Shown: positions 8,643-20,842, numbered from the stretch's first letter. The stretch: DNA of 64,000 nt from an uncultured Acidimicrobiales bacterium (GCA_938038785.1 CALHTB010000021.1:6279-70278); one strand, 5' to 3'. The notes: a model not told the origin generated them from the sequence alone. Numbers and translations are program-made.

Positions 8643-9905
8643 GTGATTCGCGCACTTTGCCGACTGCTATTACACCTCTTCTTTTCGACGGTACGCGTCC
8701 ACAATCCCGAACGAATCCCCAGTAGTGGGGCAGTGCTCGTCGTGGCAAATCATCACTCGGGGCTTGTTGATCCGGCGGTGCTCATCTCGACGCTTCCCCG
8801 AACCCCACGCTTTCTTGCTAAGGCTGTCCTTTGGGACGCAAAATACCTTCCGCTTCGACCGCTTCTGGCGTTGGCTCGGGCAATTCCGGTACATCGACAA
8901 AAGGACGGCGGTGGCGACAACTCGTCGATGTTCGTAGCGACCCACGAAGCGCTACAACAAGGGGACGCCATTGCGCTCTTTGGGGAAGGTGTCTCCCACG
9001 ACATGCCCGGCCTGCTCGACCTGCGTACAGGCGCTGCTCGTATTGCGCTCGGCGTCGACGGACCGGTCACCATTCAACCGGTCGGACTGATCTACGACGA
9101 TCGTGCCCGCTACCGATCACAAGTTTCGGTGTATGTCGGTGAACCACTCGAGGTGCTTGGCACCATCGACGGAGACGAAGATCGCGACGCGGTGGTTGCG
9201 CTCACCGATCAACTCCACCAACGTCTTGAAGAGGTTGCTCCTTCGTGGGACAACTGGCGTCAACATGACAACGCCCGAATCGCCGCCCGGCTCACCGTTG
9301 CCGAACGTCCCGACCTCGACTACGCCGACGTGCTGACCAAGCTCAACAATACGGTTGATGACGAGCACCCCGAGGCGCGTCGCCTAGCGACCGCGATGTG
9401 CGACGCGGTGGAGCGCTTCGAAGACGAGGTCGACCGCATTGGAATCGATCTCGATGTTGTTGTCGACGAGCCGGTGGAACGACTCGAACAGGTCAACCGC
9501 CGGTCGCTACTCGAATCGCTTATTTGGTGGCCGGTCGTGTGGATCGGCCGACTGCTCAACCTCGTGCCGTTCTTTGCCATCCGGTTTGCGGCTCGAACAC
9601 AAAAGCTCAACATTCGAGCAACATTCAAGATTCTTGTCGGCATCTTCGCGTATCCACTGTGGTGGATTGGCCTTGGCGTGGTCGTGGGTTGGCTCGCCCA
9701 TCCGATCATCGGCCTTGTGGCGGCGATCAGCGCGCCAGTGCTCGGCTACCTGTCCGCGCGTGTGCACAATCGAATTCGCCACATTGCGAATCGCCTCTCC
9801 GTCGAGAGCTTCCGGGAGATCGACCCGGATGCGGGTAGTGCGCTAGTAGCTCACCGCTCACTGGTCGTTGCCGCGACCGAAGCGATCGTTAACCGGGCGA
9901 CCTAA
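8643..9905 (+). CDS. Lysophospholipid/glycerol-phosphate acyltransferase family protein with C-terminal membrane domain
   Basis: VVANHHSGLVDP (HX4D motif) and FGEGVSHD (the FPEG-like block). C-terminal hydrophobic helices. Confidence 0.8.
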   Translation: MIRALCRLLLHLFFSTVRVHNPERIPSSGAVLVVANHHSGLVDPAVLISTLPRTPRFLAKAVLWDAKYLPLRPLLALARAIPVHRQKDGGGDNSSMFVATHEALQQGDAIALFGEGVSHDMPGLLDLRTGAARIALGVDGPVTIQPVGLIYDDRARYRSQVSVYVGEPLEVLGTIDGDEDRDAVVALTDQLHQRLEEVAPSWDNWRQHDNARIAARLTVAERPDLDYADVLTKLNNTVDDEHPEARRLATAMCDAVERFEDEVDRIGIDLDVVVDEPVERLEQVNRRSLLESLIWWPVVWIGRLLNLVPFFAIRFAARTQKLNIRATFKILVGIFAYPLWWIGLGVVVGWLAHPIIGLVAAISAPVLGYLSARVHNRIRHIANRLSVESFREIDPDAGSALVAHRSLVVAATEAIVNRAT

Positions 9906-9963
9906 GGCCGTCATTCCCGAACTCGACAAGAGATCTGTCACGCGCCTGGGCCACCAGTTTTGA

Positions 9964-11028
<1,065 letters not shown>

Positions 11029-11066
11029 TCAGGCTCACCTTTGCGGTAAGCCCATAGTCTGACGTC

Positions 11067-11324
11067 GTGATGACACTCGATGAAGTTCAGACGTTGATGG
11101 AAGAGTTGTACGGCGAAGCTGACCGCGCGCGGGGAATGCCGGCAACGGTGGCGTGGCTATGTGAAGAGCTCGGTGAGCTCGCTCAAGCTGCCCGCAAAGG
11201 CACCAAAGAACAGCAGCTTCACGAACTTGGCGATGTTCTGGCCTGGCTGGCATCGCTTGCGAACCAACTCGATCTCACCCTCGACGACGCAATGGAGCGC
11301 TACCGGGAGAACCCTCCGGTCTAA
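11067..11324 (+). CDS. Small MazG-like nucleotide pyrophosphohydrolase domain protein
   Basis: 85 aa. LCEELGELAQA...ELGDVLAWLASLANQLDLTLDDA matches the EExGE...D MazG helix pair. Confidence 0.7.
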   Translation: MMTLDEVQTLMEELYGEADRARGMPATVAWLCEELGELAQAARKGTKEQQLHELGDVLAWLASLANQLDLTLDDAMERYRENPPV

Positions 11325-11350
11325 CCGGCAAGACCGGTAGCCTTCGACGC

Positions 11351-11731
11351 ATGGAAGACACGAACGTAAAGCCAGTCATCACCGTCCCGCAGGGCGCAGC
11401 CCCAACCGAACTCGTCATCGAAGACCTCATCGAGGGTGACGGCCAGGAAGCAACGGCTGGCATGCAGGTCACGGTTGACTACGCAGGAATTAGCTGGTCG
11501 AACGGCCGCGAGTTCGATGCGTCGTGGAACCGCAACGACACCTTCGCATTCGGCCTCGGCGCAGGCCAGGTCATTCCCGGCTGGGACCAGGGTGTTCAGG
11601 GCATGAAGGTTGGCGGACGCCGCCGCCTTACCATCCCGCCAGCAATGGCGTACGGCTCGAGCGGTGCCGGTGGCGTTATCGCACCTAACGAGACGCTTAT
11701 CTTCGTGGTCGATCTTCGCGGAGTCGGCTAA
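11351..11731 (+). CDS. FKBP-type peptidyl-prolyl cis-trans isomerase
   Basis: VDYAGISWSNGREFDASWNRNDTFAFGLGAGQVIPGWDQGVQGMKVGGRRRLTIPPAMAYG is the canonical FKBP core. Confidence 0.9.
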   Translation: MEDTNVKPVITVPQGAAPTELVIEDLIEGDGQEATAGMQVTVDYAGISWSNGREFDASWNRNDTFAFGLGAGQVIPGWDQGVQGMKVGGRRRLTIPPAMAYGSSGAGGVIAPNETLIFVVDLRGVG

Positions 11732-11739
11732 AGCGTCGG

Positions 11740-12630
11740 CTAACTAGCTGAGCGGCGCTCGCGCAGCTCGACGATTTCGGGCGGCGGCTCCATAATCCAA
11801 TTCAGCGCGCCTACCAGCGACTTGGCAGCGGGCGCCACCATGGCATCGCTCACGATGGGTATGCGCGGCGGAATCCACAGCTTTCGTCGAGCCCAACTTG
11901 GAAGCAGGTTGATCGCCGCGCTCAAAATGATCAAATAGGGTGCCTGAGCTGCTGGTTTGTTTGGCGGAAACATCAGCCACCGAAGCGCCTCGCGAGCCTG
12001 TGAATCGAACCGAAGCTCGGGGATGTAAGTGGCGAGCCGCGCGTCGAGCTCGGAAACTGATCGCGGAGCTTCGATGACGCCGAGCGCTTCACCAACCTTG
12101 GCCATCTCGGCCACGTATTGGTCGGCCTCGGCGTCGGTGATGTCCACCGAACCGTGTCGTCGGAAGCCGCGAAGGAAACCGTCGACCTCGGTGCAATGCA
12201 CCCAGGCGAGATTGTGCGGATCGTTCGCCTCGTACGGGTCGCCCGCTGGCGTTGTGCCAACAACCTTGCTGTGCACTTGGCGGATGATCTTGACCATGCG
12301 TTCAGCTTCAGCAGCGCTGCCGAAGGTGGTGGTGCCTACGAAGTTCGCCGTTCGATGCAGTCGGCCAAACGGATCCTCTTTGTACGAAGAATGCTGGGCA
12401 ACGCCCGACATGGTCGGCGGGTGGAGGACCTGGACGAGCAATGACTCAACCCCACCAATGATCGCTGCCCAATCCGATTGGATGAGCCAGGTAATGCTTT
12501 CTGGGCCAAACCAGCTGTCGGTCGCCAGATTGCCGGTCGCCTGAGGCTGCGGGTTTCCAGTGATGTAGGTGCGAACCGTGCGCTGCAACTCGCGACGGAT
12601 TCCCTCGGTGGGTGTAAGCATCTCGGCCAT
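11740..12630 (-). CDS. DUF2236 / MpaB-family oxygenase-like protein
   Basis: WFGPESITWLIQSDWAAIIGGVESLLVQVLHPPTMSGVAQHSSYKEDPFGRLHRT resembles the conserved N-terminal block of the family (from memory). Confidence 0.65.
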   Translation of the reverse strand: MAEMLTPTEGIRRELQRTVRTYITGNPQPQATGNLATDSWFGPESITWLIQSDWAAIIGGVESLLVQVLHPPTMSGVAQHSSYKEDPFGRLHRTANFVGTTTFGSAAEAERMVKIIRQVHSKVVGTTPAGDPYEANDPHNLAWVHCTEVDGFLRGFRRHGSVDITDAEADQYVAEMAKVGEALGVIEAPRSVSELDARLATYIPELRFDSQAREALRWLMFPPNKPAAQAPYLIILSAAINLLPSWARRKLWIPPRIPIVSDAMVAPAAKSLVGALNWIMEPPPEIVELRERRSAS

Positions 12631-12726
12631 TGCACAACGGTACGTCTGAACGTACTGCGATGTATGCCGCGGTCAAGGTTGCTTTGCTGAATGCCGAAAG
12701 AAAGGTGGGCGAGTGAGGAGACTGCA

Positions 12727-13413
12727 ATGCGAAGCCGTACTACCGCGTTACGGCTCACCCGTGCAGGCGTTGGCACCGCCAGCGTTGCCGGATTTGTAGG
12801 GGTTGTGGCATCGCTCGGCCCCGTTGCCTCACCGGACGCGAGCGAGGCTCTGACGGTTGAGGAATCAACCGCAACCGACGTGGCCTCGGCAATGGGCAAG
12901 ACGCTCGTGACGCCCGAGGCAATCAGCGCCCCCGCCACCACTGACGTACCGGCACCAAGCGCCCTCGCATTTCGATCGGACCGTTATGAACCGGGCCAAT
13001 CGCTGATCAACAGCCGAGTCGCCGGACGCTCCGATCAGTTGCCAGCAACCACGACGACCAGCACGACCATGGCTCCCACAACAACGGCCAGTGAGGCTGC
13101 GCCCGCATCGACAGTTGCGCCGACTACTGCAGCTCCCACCACTCAAGCTCCGACTACAACCACTGCACCAGCACAACCAGCTCCGACGTCCGAAGCCGTC
13201 GATTCAACTACGAGCACGCCATCTTCGGCCGCACCCACTACGACTGCGCCGACAACCGTGGCTCCGACTACCGCAGCGCCCACGACTGTTACTCCAACAA
13301 CGGCTACCCCAACGACAGCTCCCGCGACCACAGCTGCGCCAACGACCACCGTTGCCACCACAACGTCGACTCCGGCAACCACCTTGCCGCCACTCACCAA
13401 CCCCAGCGCATGA
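12727..13413 (+). CDS. Secreted Thr/Pro/Ala-rich low-complexity protein
   Basis: ATG 12727 lies 7 nt after GAGGAG. Signal-like MRSRTTALRLTRAGVGTASVAGFVGVVASLGPVASPDASEA, then (APTT)n-type low complexity. Stop overlaps the apbE start (ATGA). Confidence 0.5.
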   Translation: MRSRTTALRLTRAGVGTASVAGFVGVVASLGPVASPDASEALTVEESTATDVASAMGKTLVTPEAISAPATTDVPAPSALAFRSDRYEPGQSLINSRVAGRSDQLPATTTTSTTMAPTTTASEAAPASTVAPTTAAPTTQAPTTTTAPAQPAPTSEAVDSTTSTPSSAAPTTTAPTTVAPTTAAPTTVTPTTATPTTAPATTAAPTTTVATTTSTPATTLPPLTNPSA

Positions 13414-14333
13414 CCTCAACACTCCGCCTCCACGAAGTGACCTTCCGAGCGTTCGGCTCGGGATGTCGCGTGGTGTGCGATGTCGAGGAGGCAGAAGACC
13501 TGGCGATCAGCCGGCTCGAGGATCTTGAGGGTCGATGGAGTCGGTTCCGGGACAGCAGTGAGGTAAGCGAAGTGAACCGCAACGCCGGAGATTGGTGTGA
13601 GGTGTCAACGATTACGGCGCAGCTTTTCGAAGCGGGCGTTCGCGCCATCGAGCTGACCAATGGTGTGGTCAACCCGCTCATGCTGAAGCAGTTGCAAGGC
13701 CTTGGATACGTCGCCTCCCACGAGCATCTTGAACTCTCCACGGCCGAGCCGACCCATGCCACCTCAACTAGCGGTCGCGCCGAAACCGATATCGATGTCG
13801 CGGGAGGGTTGGTTCGAATACCGGCCGGGACCGGGTTTGATCCGGGTGGCATCGGCAAGGGTCTCGCTGCCGATCTCGTGACCGAAGACTTGGTCGATTC
13901 TGGCGCAACTTGGGTAATGGTCTCGCTGGGCGGCGACATCCGTTTCGCAGGAACCGCGTTGGCCAACTACGCACCGGTTGTCCATGTCGATGACCCGCGC
14001 ACTGCCGGTGCCCTGCTCGGCGCCACTCGAGTCGCCGGAGGCGCCCTCGCAACGAGTAGCACGACCAGCCGTCGATGGGCTATCGATGGCCAGGTGCACC
14101 ATCACCTCCTCGACCCACGAACCGGCGCGCCAACACAATCGCCGAGAATCGCAGCGTCGGTCTATGCCCCGAACGCCTGGCTTGCCGACGTGCTGGCAAA
14201 GGCCCTCGTGGTCAACCCCGATCTTGGCGAAGCTGACCTCACGGCGTGGGGAGCCGAAGCGATCGCCTTCACCCAGACCACGGTTGTCGACCTTGGCCTG
14301 CCGGTCGAACACATCACAGTGAGCGCCGCATGA
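13410..14333 (+). CDS. apbE: FAD:protein FMN transferase (ApbE family)
   Basis: 307 aa. FDPGGIGKGLAADLV and ATSSTTSRRW blocks typical of ApbE. Confidence 0.85.
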   Translation: MTSTLRLHEVTFRAFGSGCRVVCDVEEAEDLAISRLEDLEGRWSRFRDSSEVSEVNRNAGDWCEVSTITAQLFEAGVRAIELTNGVVNPLMLKQLQGLGYVASHEHLELSTAEPTHATSTSGRAETDIDVAGGLVRIPAGTGFDPGGIGKGLAADLVTEDLVDSGATWVMVSLGGDIRFAGTALANYAPVVHVDDPRTAGALLGATRVAGGALATSSTTSRRWAIDGQVHHHLLDPRTGAPTQSPRIAASVYAPNAWLADVLAKALVVNPDLGEADLTAWGAEAIAFTQTTVVDLGLPVEHITVSAA

Positions 14334-14986
14334 CCGCGACACTGCTGTCTCAGGTAGATGTTGGCGGCATCGAGTTCGTCGACCAGATCTGGTGGTTCGC
14401 CAGTCGCGCCGCGGGCAGCGTTGCCTGGGTGCTGCTCAGTTGTTCGATGATCATCGGCATGATGCAATCGCGCCGTGGCTCGGGACCGCTTCCCGCTGGC
14501 TGGTCGCTCGACCTTCACCGGTTTCTCTCCATGCTGTCGCTGATCTTTTTGACCATTCACCTCGGTGCGTTGGTGCCAGACAACTTTGTCGAGTTCGGGC
14601 TCGTCGAGCTCTTCGTACCAATGATGTCGACGTGGCAGCCAGCTGCGGTTGCATGGGGAGTTGTGGGGTTCTGGTTGCTGGTGTCGGTCGAACTGACATC
14701 AGTGCTCCGGGCACGCCTTCCACACCGAGTGTGGCGAGCAGTACACCTGCTCAGCTTCGTTGTCTGGATCTCGGCGACCGTTCATCTGTTCATGGCCGGG
14801 ACCGATGTTTCCCACCCGGTCTTCCGGGTTGTCCAGGTGGTGATGATCGGGCTCGTCTCTCTCATGTTCGTGAGCCGGATCGTCGATGTCGTGCGTTCGT
14901 CAGCTGCTGGTCGGACGCTGCCGGTCGAGGAACCGATAGACGTCGACGAGGTCGACTCCGGGAAACGGCGAGAACTCGCCGCTTGA
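14330..14986 (+). CDS. Ferric-reductase-like (MsrQ/YedZ-type) di-heme transmembrane protein, no reductase domain
   Basis: ATG at 14330 overlaps the apbE stop (ATGA). Six predicted helices. Two His-x13-His pairs (HRFLSMLSLIFLTIH and HLLSFVVWISATVH), as in the bis-heme FRD domain. Confidence 0.7.
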   Translation: MTATLLSQVDVGGIEFVDQIWWFASRAAGSVAWVLLSCSMIIGMMQSRRGSGPLPAGWSLDLHRFLSMLSLIFLTIHLGALVPDNFVEFGLVELFVPMMSTWQPAAVAWGVVGFWLLVSVELTSVLRARLPHRVWRAVHLLSFVVWISATVHLFMAGTDVSHPVFRVVQVVMIGLVSLMFVSRIVDVVRSSAAGRTLPVEEPIDVDEVDSGKRRELAA

Positions 14987-16354
14987 TGGAGGCAGCGCGG
15001 TCAGCACGTGGCTGCGTTGGGCCGCCGATGGCCACGCAACGTCCTCCCACCGTGCCACCAGGTCAGGGTCGGGAGCCGTTCTCGATGACCGAGCGTCGAG
15101 CTTGCGGATGGTGTCGCCGCCTCGAAAGTGCTTGGCCAGTTCTGACGTGGTGCCAATGCTCACCGCGTACGGGTTCGAGGAGGCGTCCTCGATGTAGGTG
15201 GCACACCACCAGTCGCCGCCGTCGGTTGTGGTGTGTTGGTAGTGCAGCATGAAGCTCTTGCTGGCTTGCCATGCCTGGCGCACTCCCCAGTGGCGCGAAA
15301 CACGCATACCTTCGACCGTGCCGTCCTCGTCTGCTGGATAGTCGATGCCGTCGTTCTCGTACGCCTTTGACACCACACCATCGGGGTTGCAGCGCAAGAA
15401 GTGAACCGGCAGCCCGAAGTGCTCGGTCGCGAGGTTGGTGAAGCGGTGCGCTGCCATCTCATACGACACGTAGAAGGCTTCCTTCAAATCCTCGATCGAC
15501 AGATCGTTCTGCTCGTGCAACCGGCCGAGCAGTTCGACGGCTGGCTGCTCGGGGATGAGCGCCGCCGCGGCGAAATAGTTCGATTCGACCCGTTGGCGTA
15601 GGTAGTCGCCGAAGTCCTTTGTGGCGGAATGATCGAGGGCATAGTGGCCGAGCGTCTGAAGGACGACCGACCGCGCAGCGCGAAGTTCGACCTCTTCGCG
15701 CAGTGGAATGTAGATGATGCGGTTTCGCTGGTCGGTGACCGACCGCGCCGAGCTGGGCATGCCGACCGCTCGTTCGAGCCGAAAACCGAAGTGGGCTGCG
15801 AGCTCGGTGATATGTCGCTCGGAGAGCGGGCCAGATCCCGGGTAGTCGATCGCGGATATCGCATCGGTGACGATCTTCTCGATGTTCTCGAAGTAGTTGT
15901 TCCGGTCACGCATTTCTTCGCGGAGCTCAGCGTTGGCGAGGCGGGCCTTGTCCTCGGCTCGCAGCGTTCGCTGACCATGACCTGCCGGGACAGAGTTCCA
16001 AAGCGCAACGAGATGTTCGAGCACGTCGTCGCCGAGCTTGGCGTTGGGCTTCAAGTAGGGGAGCCCAAGCGCCTGGTATCGCACATCTTCTTGTGCACGA
16101 GACAGTTCGAGTTCGAGTTCAGCTCGGCGGTTCGGCGCGCTGTTCTCGACCAGCTCGGCAACAGTGACGTCGAGGGCATCGGACAGCGAGTTAAGCAGGC
16201 CGATCTTGGGTTCGATGCGGCCGTTCTCAAGCTGAGACAAGTACGGGACGGGTTTGTCGACCTGTTCACCGAGCTCGGCGAGCGTCAGCTTTTGGCGCTT
16301 GCGAAAGTGACGAATGCGGTGTCCGAGCACTCCCAAATCCAATTCATCTGCCAT
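14900..16354 (-). CDS. XRE-family regulator with ImmA/IrrE-like and DUF2083-like regions (RamB / ScfR short-chain fatty acyl-CoA regulator family)
   Basis: N-terminal HTH LGHRIRHFRKRQKLTLAELGEQVDKPVPYLSQLENGR. About 480 aa, like mycobacterial/corynebacterial RamB. Sits next to a malate synthase remnant. Confidence 0.8.
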   Translation of the reverse strand: MADELDLGVLGHRIRHFRKRQKLTLAELGEQVDKPVPYLSQLENGRIEPKIGLLNSLSDALDVTVAELVENSAPNRRAELELELSRAQEDVRYQALGLPYLKPNAKLGDDVLEHLVALWNSVPAGHGQRTLRAEDKARLANAELREEMRDRNNYFENIEKIVTDAISAIDYPGSGPLSERHITELAAHFGFRLERAVGMPSSARSVTDQRNRIIYIPLREEVELRAARSVVLQTLGHYALDHSATKDFGDYLRQRVESNYFAAAALIPEQPAVELLGRLHEQNDLSIEDLKEAFYVSYEMAAHRFTNLATEHFGLPVHFLRCNPDGVVSKAYENDGIDYPADEDGTVEGMRVSRHWGVRQAWQASKSFMLHYQHTTTDGGDWWCATYIEDASSNPYAVSIGTTSELAKHFRGGDTIRKLDARSSRTAPDPDLVARWEDVAWPSAAQRSHVLTALPPSSGEFSPFPGVDLVDVYRFLDRQRPTSS

Positions 16355-16444
16355 TGGCGCTCCTGTACGTGTGCAACTTCCTTCATTTTTATCGCACGAA
16401 GAATGGTTTTGTTGAATTTTGGGCTGAACGCACTACGCGTGCCC

Positions 16445-16455
16445 GCAACTTTGAC
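16445..16455. promoter_or_regulatory. Candidate RamB-type operator
   Basis: GCAACTTTGAC (16445-16455) and TGCAACTTCC (16371-16380), in the AT-rich divergent region, resemble the AACTTTGCAAA RamB box reported in Corynebacterium (recollection). Confidence 0.25.
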
Positions 16456-16501
16456 GAGATTATGGATATCTGACAGTTGGCGGCTCACAGTGAGGTCTCA
16501 C

Positions 16502-17122
16502 ATGTTTTCACAGGCGACAGCAGTTCCAGATCACGCAAGTTCGGACAGTGCGACGTCTTCGCCGGGTGTCGAACTCGTTCTTCCAACCGTTGCAGATGAT
16601 TCGGCGCTCGATTCCCAGGCGTTGCGTCTGCTCGGAATTGCCCATCGTCGCACCTGGGGTCGCCGACGCGACATGATGGCCCGTCGCTCGATGGACAACG
16701 TAGCGATCCTTGCCAATCCGTTGGCGCCAATCGAACTTCATAAGCCCGTGGTTGCCGACCTGCTCAGTGCCGAAACGTGGGACGCACGTCTGCATGTGCT
16801 TCGCGCAGGGGTGAACGCAATCGCCGCTCCCGCTGGCCACTCGATCGTTGTTCGAACCCGCGGCTGGGACACCACCGAACCCGGCGTGCTCGTCGACAGC
16901 CGTGCGGTCACCGGCGCGGTCTTCGATGTGGCGATCATGGTGTCTGCCGCGGTGGACGAATTCCGTCGCGGTGAGCAGCCGTTCATCTTCCTCATCCCAG
17001 AACCCGACGATGCTGCGGCGGCCAAGCTGTGGCGTGAACTGATCTCCCTCGTCGAGGATCGTCTTGGAATTGATCGAGGCACCGTGCGGTATACCTCTCA
17101 CGTCGTTTCGTCGAAGGCGTAG
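16502..17122 (+). pseudogene. Decayed, truncated malate synthase A (aceB-like) remnant
   Basis: The 207-aa reading frame keeps LLGIAHRRTWGRRRDMMARR (compare HRRFTPRRDELLARR) and IVVRTRGWDTTEP...AVFDVAIMV...QPFIFLIPEPDDAAAAKLWRELISLVEDRLGIDRGTVRYTS (compare RPRGWHLxE...LxDFGLYFFHN...PYFYLPKxESxxEARLWNxxFxxAQDxxGIPxGTxRATVLIET). It lacks the ADFED block and everything after the LIET region. Confidence 0.65.
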
Positions 17123-17200
17123 CTTGATCGTCCGACCGCCGGTCTTTGCCATTGTGGGCTACAACTAGGTCATGGCTGATCGACGCGGAGGCTGAGCGCC

Positions 17201-17893
17201 ATGGGCATAGCGCAGGTAGATCGCGGCTCTCTTGAGCGGGCTGACGACCTGCTCACCTTGCGCGACGTCATTCAAACGTACGTGACCCATCGGTCACCTC
17301 AAGTCATGGCGGTCGGCATCGCGATCGCGGTCGTCCTTCGTGCCGTCGTAGGAGGCTTCGGGTGGGCCGACCTCGCGGTTGTTGTCGTCACCCTTGCCCT
17401 AACCGGTGTTGTTGAGTGGGTGCTGCACCTGTTTGTCCTTCACGCCCCCGACGACTCGATCCGCATGACGAAGTACAAGACCGGCGCGGGCCACAGAGAG
17501 CATCACCTCGATCCGTCCAACATCGGATGGCTGATGTTGGGTTGGCAAGACGTTGCGATCTTCCTGGTCATGTTGGCGGTGTGGAACCTCACGTGGCCGC
17601 TGGTTCTCGCCCTGGTCCTTGGCGCACCATTGTTGAGCACATACCTCACTGCGGTGTTGGCCTCGTACGTGATGCTGGCCCACTACGAATGGACCCACCT
17701 CTTGGTCCATGCCCGCTACCGGCCAACCTTTCGGTACTACAAGCGGTTGGCGGCGAACCACCGCCTGCATCACTACCGCAACGAGCACTATTGGCTAGGG
17801 GTTACCTCCAACCTGGGCGATCGGGCCCTCAAGACCCTCCCTGGGTCAAAGTCTGACGTGCCGTTGTCGGACACGGCTCGCACACTCTCATAG
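17201..17893 (+). CDS. Membrane His-box protein (fatty acid hydroxylase / sterol desaturase superfamily-like)
   Basis: Hydrophobic helices plus histidine clusters HLFVLH, HREHH, HYEWTHLLVH and HRLHHYRNEH. Confidence 0.5.
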   Translation: MGIAQVDRGSLERADDLLTLRDVIQTYVTHRSPQVMAVGIAIAVVLRAVVGGFGWADLAVVVVTLALTGVVEWVLHLFVLHAPDDSIRMTKYKTGAGHREHHLDPSNIGWLMLGWQDVAIFLVMLAVWNLTWPLVLALVLGAPLLSTYLTAVLASYVMLAHYEWTHLLVHARYRPTFRYYKRLAANHRLHHYRNEHYWLGVTSNLGDRALKTLPGSKSDVPLSDTARTLS

Positions 17894-17955
17894 CGGTGCA
17901 GCTGCAGCTTTGCCGTTGATCTCCACTGGTTCGCTCCATCGAGCAATAACCTGAC

Positions 17956-19644
<1,689 letters not shown>

Positions 19645-19654
19645 CTTCTCGGCC

Positions 19655-20518
19655 ATGGCGTTCGACTTGGCACCTCCAACCGGCCCGTTCCCTCGTCCGT
19701 CGTTTGACGCGTCATCCGGGGTTGTGACCGAAGATGCGGTGGCGGCCATCGAGCGAGATGGTGTCGTTTGCCTTCGCAACTTTCTGCCTTCGAACGATGT
19801 TGCGGCCATCCACGCTGGATGCGATCAGGCCCAGGCGAATCCGACGACTATGGCGACCACGATTGGTGAGCCTGGCGGTCCCTCGTTCTTCTACGACTTC
19901 AACGTCAGCGACCGCATCGAGGCGTTCCGGCGGTTGCGGGACGATACGGCAATGGCCGACCTCGCTCAGCAGCTAATGGGCTCGTCGATGGTGGCTCGAT
20001 ACTTCGACAATCTGTTCATCAAGGACGGTGGAGGTGGCGCGGCTTCGCCATGGCACGAGGACGCGTCGTTCCAACGCGTGACGGGTCGCGACTCGGTGAA
20101 CTTTTGGGTGGCTTTTGACCACATTCCCGCCCAAACGGCGCTGCAGTACTTGGCAGGGTCGCACCTTCGCGACGAGCCGATCTATCTGATGGGACATTTC
20201 GATGATGATGACGATTACGCCGGCATCATCACGCAGAACCGCGTTCCTAGCCCACCACCCGAAGAGCTCGGGGCTGAGTTCGAGAAGGTGTGGTGGGACC
20301 TCAACCCCGGTGACGCACTCGTGTGGTTTCACCGTACGTTGCATGGCGCACCGGCGAACACGCTCGACCAGGTGCGGCGGGCCATTGCCTACATCTGGGT
20401 TGGCGACGACGCGTACTACGACGCCTCACCTGGATACACCGACCCTGACTTTGTTGACCCGACTCTCTCCCACGGTGACCGGTTCTACAGCGACCGGTTC
20501 CCCAAGGTCCGCGGCTAG
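19655..20518 (+). CDS. Phytanoyl-CoA dioxygenase (PhyH) family Fe(II)/2-oxoglutarate oxygenase
   Basis: ERDGVVCLRNFL, PWHEDASF (HxD) and LHGAPAN blocks. Start taken at ATG 19655, after the glnS stop. Confidence 0.75.
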   Translation: MAFDLAPPTGPFPRPSFDASSGVVTEDAVAAIERDGVVCLRNFLPSNDVAAIHAGCDQAQANPTTMATTIGEPGGPSFFYDFNVSDRIEAFRRLRDDTAMADLAQQLMGSSMVARYFDNLFIKDGGGGAASPWHEDASFQRVTGRDSVNFWVAFDHIPAQTALQYLAGSHLRDEPIYLMGHFDDDDDYAGIITQNRVPSPPPEELGAEFEKVWWDLNPGDALVWFHRTLHGAPANTLDQVRRAIAYIWVGDDAYYDASPGYTDPDFVDPTLSHGDRFYSDRFPKVRG

Positions 20519-20530
20519 CGGTTCTGTCCG

Positions 20531-20842
20531 CTAAGAATCCAGCAGGGCCCGGCCTTCGTCGGTGAGCGACAGGATTTGGGGGCTGCCCGCTTTCTGCAGC
20601 CAGCCGTTGGCTTCGAGGTGGAGCTTCACCGAGGTGGTGAACCAGGCGCAGCTGTTGTTCCCCCACAATTCGGCGGGGGTTCGTTGTTCTACCTCGTCGA
20701 TGAGCTGCTTGTTGGGCAACTCACCAGCGTCGTCGATTGCTGAGAGGATCGCGTCGCGGGTTGGCTCGTAGATGGCGACGGCAATGGTCATGTCGTCGCG
20801 TCCCGTGTTGGGATTCATCATCATGATTCGTTCGTCGGTCAT
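20531..20842 (-). CDS. Hypothetical protein (possible winged-helix fold)
   Basis: 103-aa ORF in a consistent coding frame. The C-terminus WFTTSVKLHLEANGWLQKAGSPQILSLTDEGRALL is reminiscent of Mrr-N-like winged helices. Weak. Confidence 0.45.
   Translation of the reverse strand: MTDERIMMMNPNTGRDDMTIAVAIYEPTRDAILSAIDDAGELPNKQLIDEVEQRTPAELWGNNSCAWFTTSVKLHLEANGWLQKAGSPQILSLTDEGRALLDS

Noticed and set aside
15629-16501. First 290 codons of the 497-aa plus-strand ORF
   Set aside because: This part is antisense to the RamB-like regulator gene and has no recognisable motifs. Only the part after ATG 16502 shows homology (the malate synthase remnant).
17894-17955. Possible T-box or other leader upstream of glnS (and similarly upstream of lysC at 1392-1520)
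   Set aside because: The spacers are far too short (about 60-130 nt, partly occupied by other coding sequence) for a T-box or lysine riboswitch, and I saw no specifier or antiterminator-like structure.
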